Counted from the stretch's first letter, positions 28,708-38,273 are shown. The stretch is DNA of 64,000 nt from Sedimentisphaerales bacterium (GCA_963662515.1 OY759675.1:2185981-2249980), one strand, 5' to 3'. Notes: generated from the letters alone by a model not told the origin. Numbers and translations: made by a program.

Positions 28708-30252
28708 ATGCAAAAGGTTCGGATGAGTCAAATTGATGGCGGAGTAGTCTATCTGGCCGGCGCTGGCCCGGGCGACCCTGGATTGATAACAGTCCGGGCA
28801 CTGGATCTGCTCACTCGTGCTGATGTGATTGTGTATGACTATCTGGCCAATGAATGCTTACTGGACCATGCCCGTCCGGAAGCTGAGCTGATATATGTCG
28901 GCAAGAAAGCCGGTCAGCACAGTATGCCACAGGAAAGCATCAACGAACTTTTAGTAAATTTGGGACAAAAAGGCCTTGAAGTATTGCGATTAAAGGGTGG
29001 CGATCCATTTATATTTGGTCGCGGCGGCGAAGAAGCTCAGGCCCTTGCTCAAGCTGGTGTAAAATTTGAGGTTGTACCCGGCGTAACCGCTGGCAGTGCC
29101 GTAGCCGCGTATAGCGGTATTCCGATAACCCAGCGAAATATTGTCAGTACAGTATGTTTTATTACCGGACATGAAGACCCGACTAAAGAAGGCTCTCAGG
29201 TCAACTGGCAGTCACTTGCCGGTTTGGGCGGCACTCTGGTATTTTATATGGGAGTAAAACACCTGCCTGAAATTTCCCGTGAATTGATCAGCAATGGTCT
29301 GTCTCAGGCAACACCGACAGCCATAATTGAAAAAGGCACTCGCAGCAGCCAGAGAACTATAACTGCCCGACTTGACGAAATAGCTCAAGCTGCCGCTTCA
29401 GCAAAAGTTTCCCCTCCTGCAATAATAGTTGTAGGCCAGGTGGTATCTTTGCGCGAACAGATCAGTTGGTATGAAAAACGCCCACTCTTTGGCAAAACGA
29501 TAGCAATCACTCGTGCGCGTGCCCAGGCGAGCAGCCTGAGGGAAATATTAACAGAGCTGGGAGCAGAGGTAGTAGAGTTTCCCACGATAAAGACTTTACC
29601 ACCTGATGATATATCACCCCTGGAAACAGCTATAATCGAGATCCATAAATACAACTGGTTGATATTTACCAGCGTCAATGGAGTTGAGAGCTTTTTTGAA
29701 ACAATGTTTAATCTGGGACTTGATAGTCGCCGGGTTTCTGGGGTTCAGATCTGTGCTATCGGCCCGGCAACAGCAGATAAATTACGCATATACGGTATAA
29801 TAGCCGACCTGATGCCGGAGAAGTTTGTGGCTGAAGCTATTGCAGATGCCTTTGAGCGATCTGGAGGAGTTTCAGGCCAGAATATACTTCTGCCTCGTGC
29901 TGATATTGCCAGACCTGTTCTGACTGAACTACTTGAGGCTATGGATGCAGTGGTTAATGAAGTTACCGCCTATAAGACGATCGCCGACACCGGCAACTGT
30001 CAGCAGCTGCAAGAGCTGCTGACCAATGATAAACTTGACTATATAACATTCAGCAGCTCCTCGACTGTTAAGAATTTCTTTGAGCACATCAGTGCTGATT
30101 CACTTTCAGGCAAGAAAACAAAACTGGCCAGTATTGGTCCTATTACCAGCCAGACATTAAACGAGTATGGATTTGAGCCGGCAGTTGAGGCCACTCAATA
30201 TACTATAGATGGAATGGTCATGGCTATTATTGATAACTGTCACAATCTGTAG
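28708..30252 (+). CDS. cobA/hemD: Uroporphyrinogen-III C-methyltransferase fused to uroporphyrinogen-III synthase
   Basis: The N-terminal 'VYLAGAGPGDPGLITVRA', 'VIVYD' and 'LKGGDPFIFGRGGEE' are SUMT motifs. The C-terminal ~250 aa have the HemD-like pattern ('ITRARAQASSL...', 'LIFTSVNGV', 'ITFSSSSTV'). Confidence 0.88.
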   Translation: MQKVRMSQIDGGVVYLAGAGPGDPGLITVRALDLLTRADVIVYDYLANECLLDHARPEAELIYVGKKAGQHSMPQESINELLVNLGQKGLEVLRLKGGDPFIFGRGGEEAQALAQAGVKFEVVPGVTAGSAVAAYSGIPITQRNIVSTVCFITGHEDPTKEGSQVNWQSLAGLGGTLVFYMGVKHLPEISRELISNGLSQATPTAIIEKGTRSSQRTITARLDEIAQAAASAKVSPPAIIVVGQVVSLREQISWYEKRPLFGKTIAITRARAQASSLREILTELGAEVVEFPTIKTLPPDDISPLETAIIEIHKYNWLIFTSVNGVESFFETMFNLGLDSRRVSGVQICAIGPATADKLRIYGIIADLMPEKFVAEAIADAFERSGGVSGQNILLPRADIARPVLTELLEAMDAVVNEVTAYKTIADTGNCQQLQELLTNDKLDYITFSSSSTVKNFFEHISADSLSGKKTKLASIGPITSQTLNEYGFEPAVEATQYTIDGMVMAIIDNCHNL

Positions 30253-30268
30253 GAAAATGCGATTGTGA

Positions 30269-31900
30269 CTATTGCTTCTTTCTGTTCCGGCGGAGATTAT
30301 TCAGAAAGGCCAGAGTTATAATAAATAATACCAGTGCCAGAGCCGAAAGCATCAGATCACCTGCAGGATTAGCTCCTGTGAGCCTTTTATTCCCTGCGGA
30401 ATTAAAACTCATTACGGCCATTTGATATAGCCCTGTCATGGTAATAGCAAACATAATAATAGCCGGAATAATCAGCATTCGATATGGCCGGCTATTCTTT
30501 TTGAGCCACACCCATAGTGTCACAAAGGTAAATAAGGCTATTAACTGGTTGGCACAGCCAAATATTGGCCAGATTATGCTATAGTCACACATGCCCAGTG
30601 CCCCGCCGCAGGCGACAGTAAACAATGAAGCCGCATATTTATTTGACATCAACTGCCTGAGCCCCAGCCTATCAAATACAGTCATTTCTTCAGCCATATT
30701 CTGCATTATATAACGGGCAACCCTTGCCACTGAATCAAGACTGGTCAGGGCAAATGATGAAACAGTAAGAGTAATAAATGCACTGACAGTATCAACCGGT
30801 AAACCAAAGACCTTGAGAATTCCACCTAAACCGCTGGCAAAAATGGTTAAGGGATTTTTAAGTTCTGAATATTCCTGACTGGTAAAACTCGCCGCAACCA
30901 ACAATGCAATAATAGCCAGCACACATTCTACCAGCATTCCACCTCCGGCAATAGGTAAGGCATCAGACTGCCGGAACAACTGTTTAGAGGTAGTAGCGGA
31001 GGCAAACATTGCATGATAGCCCGAAATAGCACCGCAGGCCACAGTAATGAATAGATATGGGAACAGGTATTTGTCGCCATTTACAACAAAAGAAGTAAAA
31101 GCCGGCATTTTAATTTCCGGACTTGCAAATACAACGCCAAAAACACTCAGTATTATAAGTGCCAACAGAAAGAAACTATTAAGATAATCACGAGGTTGTA
31201 ATAATACCCAGACAGGAGTAACAGAAGCCGTGGCTATATAAATTAAAATAAGGTACAACCAAACACTTTTATTTAATGCTAAAGGAAAAGCATTTCCCAG
31301 CCATAGACATATAAGCATCATAATTAGTGCAATAACTGTAGCAGGCAACAACTTTAACCTTAACCGATTAAGCATAAGACCAAATATAATAGCCACTAAT
31401 ATGAACAGCGAAGAAGAACTGGCCGCAGCGGGCATCTGGGCAAAGCTGCCTGATACTACATTTACAAAGGCGGCTATTACAAGCAATGAGGTAAGCCAGA
31501 TATATAGTGAAAATATCCGGAAGCTCGTCATCCCTATATTCGACTGTATAACCTTACTGAGATCTTTGCCATTATGACAAACTGAAGCCAGTAGTGCGCC
31601 AAAATCATGGACCATTCCGATAAATATCCCGGCAAAGATTATCCAGAGCAAAACCGGAACCCAGCCGAATACACCCGCGACTATAGGGCCGATTATTGGT
31701 GCTGCTCCTGCTATTGAAGCAAAATGATGACCAAATAAAACAGGTAAGGCTGTTGGTACATAGTCTGTTCCATCATTGAGTTGATGAGATGGTGTTACCT
31801 GAGAATCATCAACGCCCCACCAGCGAGCCAGAGCCCTACCGTAAGTAAAATATGCCAAAACAAATACACCAATAGCGAGCAAAACTATAACACTTGACAT
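30269..31900 (-). CDS. cstA: Carbon starvation protein A family transporter
   Basis: It has 'FGHHFASIAGAAPIIGPI' near the N-terminus and is polytopic throughout. Confidence 0.88.
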   Translation of the reverse strand: MSSVIVLLAIGVFVLAYFTYGRALARWWGVDDSQVTPSHQLNDGTDYVPTALPVLFGHHFASIAGAAPIIGPIVAGVFGWVPVLLWIIFAGIFIGMVHDFGALLASVCHNGKDLSKVIQSNIGMTSFRIFSLYIWLTSLLVIAAFVNVVSGSFAQMPAAASSSSLFILVAIIFGLMLNRLRLKLLPATVIALIMMLICLWLGNAFPLALNKSVWLYLILIYIATASVTPVWVLLQPRDYLNSFFLLALIILSVFGVVFASPEIKMPAFTSFVVNGDKYLFPYLFITVACGAISGYHAMFASATTSKQLFRQSDALPIAGGGMLVECVLAIIALLVAASFTSQEYSELKNPLTIFASGLGGILKVFGLPVDTVSAFITLTVSSFALTSLDSVARVARYIMQNMAEEMTVFDRLGLRQLMSNKYAASLFTVACGGALGMCDYSIIWPIFGCANQLIALFTFVTLWVWLKKNSRPYRMLIIPAIIMFAITMTGLYQMAVMSFNSAGNKRLTGANPAGDLMLSALALVLFIITLAFLNNLRRNRKKQ

Positions 31901-32031
31901 AACTATCTGGCCTGCAAAATATTACGCTAAATAGAACAAACTAAACAATAACTTATTAAATAAAAAACAACCACAACATTATACCTTGCAGAAGATGAAC
32001 ATTAAAGTGTTTTTTATTAACCATTTCACCC

Positions 32032-32084
32032 AAAAAAAATACCCCCGGCATAAAACCCTTTACAGGTTCTCTTTATGCCGGGGG
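32032..32084 (-). terminator. Rho-independent terminator after the LamG gene
   Basis: A 13-bp stem, CCCCCGGCATAAA (32042-32054) with TTTATGCCGGGGG (32072-32084), has an A8 run on the + strand, which reads as U-run on the minus transcript. Confidence 0.8.
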
Positions 32085-32130
32085 CATGTAATAACTCAAA
32101 CAGTAAAACTACTATTTGATATATTATAAC

Positions 32131-34446
32131 TTAGTTAACACAACCTGGATACAAGCCGCACTCGAGCCAACGAGAGGCTAAAATAGCCAGATCAAGAACA
32201 TTAACCTCACAGTCATCATTGATATCATACTTGGCCAGAGGCTTACTTGACTGTACACAAATTGTGTCGCTGCCGGTAACATTATAGTAGTTTTCAGCAA
32301 CCTGCAATTCAGTGATAGCATAGTTTGACAGTTTAATCTCATCAATTGCACCAACAAAGAACTTTTCATTGGTCTGCAGAGAACCGATCACTATCCTGCT
32401 TGGAGCATCCTTAGTACCTGTAGGTGCTACAGCAGTGGCTTCTCTTTCGCCGTCAACATACAATGCTATGTCACCGGTAATATGGTTACGAGTAGCAACC
32501 AGATAATGCCAATTACCATCAACAATATTAGTTGTGCCCTTAATAGTAGTAGCGCCACCACCGGTACGACCTACACCAAAGGCAAAAACATTGCCAACCA
32601 GAGCTGTGCCAAAATCATGCTGATCACCCGGCAATTCAGCATCCACCAAACCAAAACCATTATACCAGCCGCCACCATCGGAAGCCGCAACACTGGTCTT
32701 AATCCACATTTCAATAGTCATACTATTCTGAATTGAGCGGCCTACTTCTACAGCCTCTGGTGCGCCGTTCAGATTGAGAGCTTTGCCAAAAGCAGCATTA
32801 TAGCTATCGACATAACTAAATACAGTTGATTCATTTACTGGTTCACCATTATAGCCGGTTACTGAATCATTGAGATTATCGCTAAAGCTGTAGTGAGCTA
32901 TAAGGCCTTCAACTTCCAACAACGCCACAGCAGAATAAACTTTATTATTGCTGGTATTATTTACTACGCAATAATAATAGCCCTGATCCTGTGCAGCGAT
33001 ACCTGTCAGTTCCAATTTATCTGAATTTGAACCAACCTGTACATCATCATCAAATGTACTGTTAGACTGATCCAGAGATCTGAACCAGATAAAACTAGGA
33101 GTGGTAATACTGGTTGCCGCAATACTCATACTGAATGTTGAGCCTGCCACAACCACACCACCAACAGGCTGTGCGGTAATAACCGGCACTGAATACAAAG
33201 ACTGGAATGAGGAGAAAGGACTGCAAACAGCATTAGGATCTGTCAGTTCAGCAAGAGTGCTTTCGCCTGGTTCAAATGAATCATTTGAACCTGTTCTCAG
33301 CCCAACTACCGCCCACTTATACCTGGTATCAAATTTCAGATCAGTCTGAATTGATGCTGTAACGCTACTGCCTGGAGCATTCAGCTTGCCCACGCAATAT
33401 ATATTAGGATCTGAAGTGTTAACTTCTCCAACAAATACATACTGTTCAGCAAGAGCAGTACCGGTAACCACAGCATTATCCCAACTGAGAGTTACATCAA
33501 CATCCTGATTGATCAGATCTGCAACCTGAACCACAGGCTGGGGCTGCTGTACCGAAGAACCATAAAGGAATTCCCCGGCTGTCAGTGCGCCATCAGAGAT
33601 ACGAACCTCATCAAAATAACCATAACCACGATCACGATGTTGACCCTCAAACAGACCGCGACCAACGGTAAAGGTACCGGCATCCCAGTCACCACCATCA
33701 CCAGCACCTGTGCTCAAGGCCGGATTAGTTGTATTCTGAATATCAGCCTGACCGATCAATTCATAGCCATTACCTGAACCAAGAATGTTCATATAAAGAT
33801 ACATCTTGCTTCCATCGCTTACAGCTGCCAGAGCCGTCCATGGTACCAGACGGTCACCTGACTCATTGCCCGAAACAAAATTATATCCCTGCCTTACATT
33901 TTCTGTGTTTATCTGATGCCAGACACCAGAAGCATCACAAAACTTGAATGAATAACCATTTCTGTCATTTACCTGAAGATAAAGGGCCGAAGTATTACCA
34001 TTAGGACCTACATCGCCATTAGGCTGAGTATTGGCCCCGAGACTATCACGGCCAACGATTGTTCTCCAGTTACCATTTTCAAGTCTTACTACAGCTTCAA
34101 TGGTAAATGCTGTTGGACTCCAGGTATTCATAGTGTTACACCACATACCCGGATCACCACCAGTATTTTTTACACTGCTGGTGCTTGATGGTGATGCTGT
34201 ATCTGATCTGTAAGCATATCCGGCACCACCGCCAGTAGCCCATACCGATAGATGATTATCATTACCTGAAACATCCAGGATGTCAGCACTGTAAACACCA
34301 TCACCACCACCGGTATTTATTACATTTTCACCTGAGATACCGCCATCAAACTTCCAATGTGCCTTTGTAGTTGCTGCCGAAGCCATAGCACCGGCATAAA
34401 CAAATCCAAGGGCCACTACTGCCATTGCGAATTTCTTCATTCTCAT
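32131..34446 (-). CDS. Secreted protein with two LamG (concanavalin-A-like lectin) domains, an Ig-like domain and a C-terminal dockerin-like Ca-loop module
   Basis: It has a signal peptide. The LamG patterns are 'FTIEAVVRL..GNWRTIVGRD ... FDEVRISDGALTAGEFL' and 'MTIEMWIKT ... DGNWHYLVATRN ... LYVDGE ... IDEIKLSNYAITE'. The Ig-like segment reads 'PVITAQP...QGYYYCVVNN'. The C-terminus is 'YDINDDCEVNVLDLAILASRWLECG'. Confidence 0.8.
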   Translation of the reverse strand: MRMKKFAMAVVALGFVYAGAMASAATTKAHWKFDGGISGENVINTGGGDGVYSADILDVSGNDNHLSVWATGGGAGYAYRSDTASPSSTSSVKNTGGDPGMWCNTMNTWSPTAFTIEAVVRLENGNWRTIVGRDSLGANTQPNGDVGPNGNTSALYLQVNDRNGYSFKFCDASGVWHQINTENVRQGYNFVSGNESGDRLVPWTALAAVSDGSKMYLYMNILGSGNGYELIGQADIQNTTNPALSTGAGDGGDWDAGTFTVGRGLFEGQHRDRGYGYFDEVRISDGALTAGEFLYGSSVQQPQPVVQVADLINQDVDVTLSWDNAVVTGTALAEQYVFVGEVNTSDPNIYCVGKLNAPGSSVTASIQTDLKFDTRYKWAVVGLRTGSNDSFEPGESTLAELTDPNAVCSPFSSFQSLYSVPVITAQPVGGVVVAGSTFSMSIAATSITTPSFIWFRSLDQSNSTFDDDVQVGSNSDKLELTGIAAQDQGYYYCVVNNTSNNKVYSAVALLEVEGLIAHYSFSDNLNDSVTGYNGEPVNESTVFSYVDSYNAAFGKALNLNGAPEAVEVGRSIQNSMTIEMWIKTSVAASDGGGWYNGFGLVDAELPGDQHDFGTALVGNVFAFGVGRTGGGATTIKGTTNIVDGNWHYLVATRNHITGDIALYVDGEREATAVAPTGTKDAPSRIVIGSLQTNEKFFVGAIDEIKLSNYAITELQVAENYYNVTGSDTICVQSSKPLAKYDINDDCEVNVLDLAILASRWLECGLYPGCVN

Positions 34447-35214
34447 TCTCCTGATTCACATAGTATCAGTGTTTAAAATAACTGAAAACCGTTTCAATCA
34501 TCCTGAACACTTCTTTAAACACAATTCATAAACACAAATGCAACACACAGGAACGAAAACGATCCTGTCATACATATTATTCTACTGGAGGTAAGTATCA
34601 CCCTCTGAGCTGATCACTAAAACGGACCGCACAACGATACATCCACCTTTATACAGGACTTATCGTCAGCTCAGGGCAACTGGATAAATGAAAACTTACA
34701 GATGAGTCTCTTCTCTCTCCGGAACTACATTCAATAATTCTCTTATCCATCTTAAATGTGTGATTATTGGCAGGCTAAACAGGTTACTTTCGGTATATAC
34801 CTGATAAACTATCTACTACAATTCTCTCTCCTACTTTAATGTATGATTCAATTATAGTATGTTAAATCTATTAAAACAATTAAATTTTAATAACACAATT
34901 AGCACAGATAATACCCATAATATGAAATACGGTACAATACAGCACAAGAGCTAATAGCAGTTAACCACTTATATAAACTAGAGTTAATTCTTCGATAGCT
35001 ATTTATGGCCACAATAAACAGCCTGAACTATTCCTGATAAAAAAATAAGTTTTTTAAACAACTTCCCGCTAAAAAGAATCCTGGAAAACATAATACTTAA
35101 AGATTAAACCAGTTATGACGATTATACTGACCGATCAGGCGAACCGGCGGCATAATGGTTTTTCCCTGAACATATGATCATATATATAAGATTATAAGAC
35201 CTAAAATGCTTCGT

Positions 35215-35490
35215 TCAGTGCTCACGATCAAGAGGCACAGGATCATAGCCGCCTTTGGCAAATGGGTGGCAACGAAGAATACGCTTAACAGTCAGCCATA
35301 AGCCACGCACCGGCCCGTACATCAACAGGGCCTGACGACTATATTCACTGCAAGTAGGCACAAAACGACAAGAAACAGGCAAATATGGAGATATGCACAA
35401 CTGGTAAAGCCGGATAAGAAACACCATAAAAGCCAGAGCAGTCTTGTTGATCAACTTAACTATAAAGCAAATGGGTTTATTTCCGGCCAT
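35215..35490 (-). CDS. yidD: Membrane protein insertion efficiency factor YidD
   Basis: It has '[31 protein letters not shown]' and '[14 protein letters not shown]'. Its start lies 1 nt after the rnpA stop. Confidence 0.88.
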   Translation of the reverse strand: MAGNKPICFIVKLINKTALAFMVFLIRLYQLCISPYLPVSCRFVPTCSEYSRQALLMYGPVRGLWLTVKRILRCHPFAKGGYDPVPLDREH

Positions 35491-35491
35491 A

Positions 35492-35866
35492 TCAGAGTAA
35501 CCCTTTCTTTTTGCTTCTTTTAGCTATACGGGCAGTAAGTGTCTTTAATGAGCTGATATAGACAATAGAAGAAATATTATCATTTGGCCTGGGTACTATA
35601 ACAAAATCATATCCAGAGGGAATTTCCTGTCGGTTAAGCCTGAATGCTTCTCTTATACATCTTTTACAGCGATTTCGGGCGACTGCATTACCATATTTAC
35701 GACCAATGGAAATACCAAACCGGCTATAAGCCCGCTGATTGGGCATACCGTATATCAACAAATAACCATCAGCAGAACTGTTTTTTTCTCTGAAAACAGT
35801 CTGAAATGAATCTAAACCTGACAATATAAGGCTTTTAGGTAATTTGTTACTGGCAGCTGGTTCCAT
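35492..35866 (-). CDS. rnpA: Ribonuclease P protein component
   Basis: '[28 protein letters not shown]' is the RnpA basic motif. It is in the conserved position upstream of yidD. Confidence 0.85.
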   Translation of the reverse strand: MEPAASNKLPKSLILSGLDSFQTVFREKNSSADGYLLIYGMPNQRAYSRFGISIGRKYGNAVARNRCKRCIREAFRLNRQEIPSGYDFVIVPRPNDNISSIVYISSLKTLTARIAKRSKKKGLL

Positions 35867-35927
35867 AGTATCTCAGTGTGTTTTTTCATATCAACTATGA
35901 TCCATTGTAATCACTATCATATTGCTG

Positions 35928-36095
35928 TCAAGCAAGCATTGTATCCAGGCCAGGGCTAACGCATGAAAATTTCAGACAGGATAACCGACTGAGTACAGTC
36001 TGGATTTGCCGCAGTTTAAGCGTGACGGGTTTGAGTTTGTGAGCTTTCTTACCTTTTCGACCCTGATTCGCCTTAAATTGATAATTAAATCTCAT
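35928..36095 (-). CDS. Small, very basic ORF (55 aa) in the position normally held by rpmH (L34). It may be a divergent or decayed L34, or unrelated.
   Basis: The ATG at 36095 is preceded by GGGGG 5 nt upstream, which is SD-like. 'MRFNYQFKANQGRKGKKAHKLKPVTLKLRQIQTVLSRL...' begins like L34 (MKRT[FY]QP) and is Lys/Arg-rich, but it lacks the HGFR core. Its 3' third is encoded by one arm of an inverted repeat. Confidence 0.3.
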   Translation of the reverse strand: MRFNYQFKANQGRKGKKAHKLKPVTLKLRQIQTVLSRLSCLKFSCVSPGLDTMLA

Positions 36096-36216
36096 AAGCC
36101 CCCGCTCGGGAGGGGAAATCTTTGCCGGACGATACCAAAGCAAGCTCAAGCTGCCAAAGATCCAGCCCGTAATCGGGCGGTTATCCTGTCAAATATTATT
36201 TCATGCGTTAGCCCTG
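35951..36216. repeat. Split inverted repeat (18 + 13 bp perfect helices) enclosing ~190 bp
   Basis: CAGGGCTAACGCATGAAA at 35951-35968 pairs with 36199-36216. GACAGGATAACCG at 35975-35987 pairs with 36178-36190. A small internal hairpin GCCCG-ATTA-CGGGC is also present. Confidence 0.75.
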
Positions 36217-36239
36217 ATATCCCGGCTTACAAACAATGA

Positions 36240-37829
36240 TCAGATCACTACATAATTATTCCTGCCGTTCTCCTTTGCCTTGTAAAGACAATTGTCTGCT
36301 GCTTCTATTATCAGGGAAACACCTGCGTTCTCAGAGGTAAGCTGGGCAACTCCAGAACTGAGCGTTACTTTCATACTATCACATTTCCACCTTACAGCTT
36401 TTAACGCCTGATATATTCTCTCCATAGCCAGCTTTGCCTTTTCTTTGTCCTGATCGATAAATATAAGCAGAAATTCATCGCCGCCGTACCTGCCAAAAAG
36501 ATCAGATTCGCGAATAATACCCTTTATTGTATTTACAACAGTAACAATTACCTCATCACCGCTCTGGTGACCAAACCTGTCATTGATCTGCTTGAAATAA
36601 TCAATATCAATTACAGCTACGGACAAATTATGTTGATATCTGACCGCACGGGAGATTTCTATTTCCAGCTTATCCAGGATAGTCTTGTGATTAAGAATTC
36701 CGGTCATACTGTCAGTGGTCGCCAATATTTCCAGCTGCCTTGATTTAGTCTGGATATTGTTAAGCAGATTATTGAACTGAATTGCCAGATAGCCAAGCTC
36801 ATCTTTTCGCTGCGATGACTCCTGAATTGAAAGATCCTCGCTTAGCTGAATTGATTCAATCTCCTGTACCATACGATTCAAAGGCTGCAAAACGATCTTT
36901 CTGGTCAATACAGTCATAACAATAAAGAGTAATAAGAACGATACGGTTATAGCACAAAAGAGATATTTAACCGCTGAAACGCCAAGATTTACTATCTCAC
37001 CATCTACCGCACAGTTAATCTTAAAGACCGGCTGACTATTGTTATCGTAGATTATAGTTGAAATCGTCTGCCGCCCTTCTATCATGGCAAACTTATAATT
37101 ATATGTCTTGAATATTCTGCCATTATTATCAGGAATAACCACATAATCACTGCCGCTATCATCGTCAGAGGCAAGCAGTTCTGCGGTGAAATCGGTACCG
37201 ACACTCTCACGAATTTCATCGAAAAGATCTTCTTCAATAAATCGTCCCATAATTATCGTGCCCCGACACTCACCCTCACTGTCTGAAGGTAAAACAGGAC
37301 AAGAAACAGTGATCAGATAATTCTCCTCAGTAATGCGAACAAAGTTATAGACCAGCTCATCTTTATCGGCATCAGCCGGAAATAGTGTGCCGGGCATAAA
37401 TTCCGGATCACCAGAAAGCTCGGCCAGATCGAGCTCAGCCCTGCTTTGGGTCTCATAACATTTGCCAAAAACCAGTTTGCCCTTAGCATCATAATAGTAG
37501 ATCAGATTCATACCGGTTGTGGCAAATGATTCTGTCTCCAGATTTGAATCTATATATTCCTGATTAAGATCGATGATAAAATTATAGGTATCGTCCCAGG
37601 CGCCCCAATCGTGACATAAAACATTTATATGTAAAATCACATTTTCTACGGTTTTTTGTATTATACTCAGCTCTACCCGTGCCTTTTTATGCTCAAGGTC
37701 AGTAAAAGCCGGTCTGATCAAAAAGTGGCTCACCGACATTAACAGTAAAAGACCAAAAAAACTGACAATTAAGGCAGTGATCAATAACTTAAACTTTATA
37801 GACTCTCTGAATCGTATCATTATTCTCAT
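36240..37829 (-). CDS. Sensor diguanylate cyclase (CHASE4-like periplasmic domain plus GGDEF)
   Basis: It has two TM segments. The sensor region has 'HDWGAWDDTYNFI', which is CHASE4-like. The GGDEF domain has 'DIDYFKQINDRFGHQSGDEV' and 'GRYGGDEFLLIF'. Confidence 0.88.
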   Translation of the reverse strand: MRIMIRFRESIKFKLLITALIVSFFGLLLLMSVSHFLIRPAFTDLEHKKARVELSIIQKTVENVILHINVLCHDWGAWDDTYNFIIDLNQEYIDSNLETESFATTGMNLIYYYDAKGKLVFGKCYETQSRAELDLAELSGDPEFMPGTLFPADADKDELVYNFVRITEENYLITVSCPVLPSDSEGECRGTIIMGRFIEEDLFDEIRESVGTDFTAELLASDDDSGSDYVVIPDNNGRIFKTYNYKFAMIEGRQTISTIIYDNNSQPVFKINCAVDGEIVNLGVSAVKYLFCAITVSFLLLFIVMTVLTRKIVLQPLNRMVQEIESIQLSEDLSIQESSQRKDELGYLAIQFNNLLNNIQTKSRQLEILATTDSMTGILNHKTILDKLEIEISRAVRYQHNLSVAVIDIDYFKQINDRFGHQSGDEVIVTVVNTIKGIIRESDLFGRYGGDEFLLIFIDQDKEKAKLAMERIYQALKAVRWKCDSMKVTLSSGVAQLTSENAGVSLIIEAADNCLYKAKENGRNNYVVI

Positions 37830-38087
37830 TTTCCTGTAATATATTCAGAACAGAGCGGTTACAATTCGCCCCGGACTGCTATTATCGGTCAATTCTGATA
37901 TGAAAATTAGAAAATGTTAACTTATCAGACCACTTTCTTACCCTGAGAACGATCAGCAGAATCTGCAAGATCAAAAAAAAACAGAACATTCCCGGCAGCG
38001 AACAGACTGTCTTAACCTGTTACAATACCCGGCATGTTCTGTTAATATTTTTATAAGCCAGTACGCTGGCCCGGCTCTTTTCCACTT

Positions 38088-38164
38088 AGTAAGAGTCCAG
38101 CGTTTACGCAGTTGAGTTATTCCGAAATCCCGAACTCGCTTCGGGATTTCGCTGCAGCTCAACC
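38088..38164. repeat. REP/MITE-like palindromic element, copy A
   Basis: An extended hairpin reads GTTGAG..CCGAAATCCCGAA-ctcgc-TTCGGGATTTCG..CTCAAC. Related copies are at 41141-41200 and 41251-41297 (same orientation), and at 40237-40285 and 40908-40950 (opposite orientation). Confidence 0.65.
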
Positions 38165-38168
38165 TTTC

Positions 38169-38252
38169 ACTTTTCACTTTTTACTTTTTACTTTTTACTT
38201 TTTACTTTTTACTTTTTACTTTTTACTTTTTACTTTTTACTTTTTACTTTTT
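38169..38252. repeat. Heptanucleotide microsatellite (ACTTTTT)n: 11 perfect units plus 1 degenerate unit
   Basis: Read directly: perfect 7-nt periodicity from 38176 to 38252. It abuts the left end of the IS element. Confidence 0.92.
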
Positions 38253-38273
38253 ATCGGTGTTCGCTGCGCTCAC

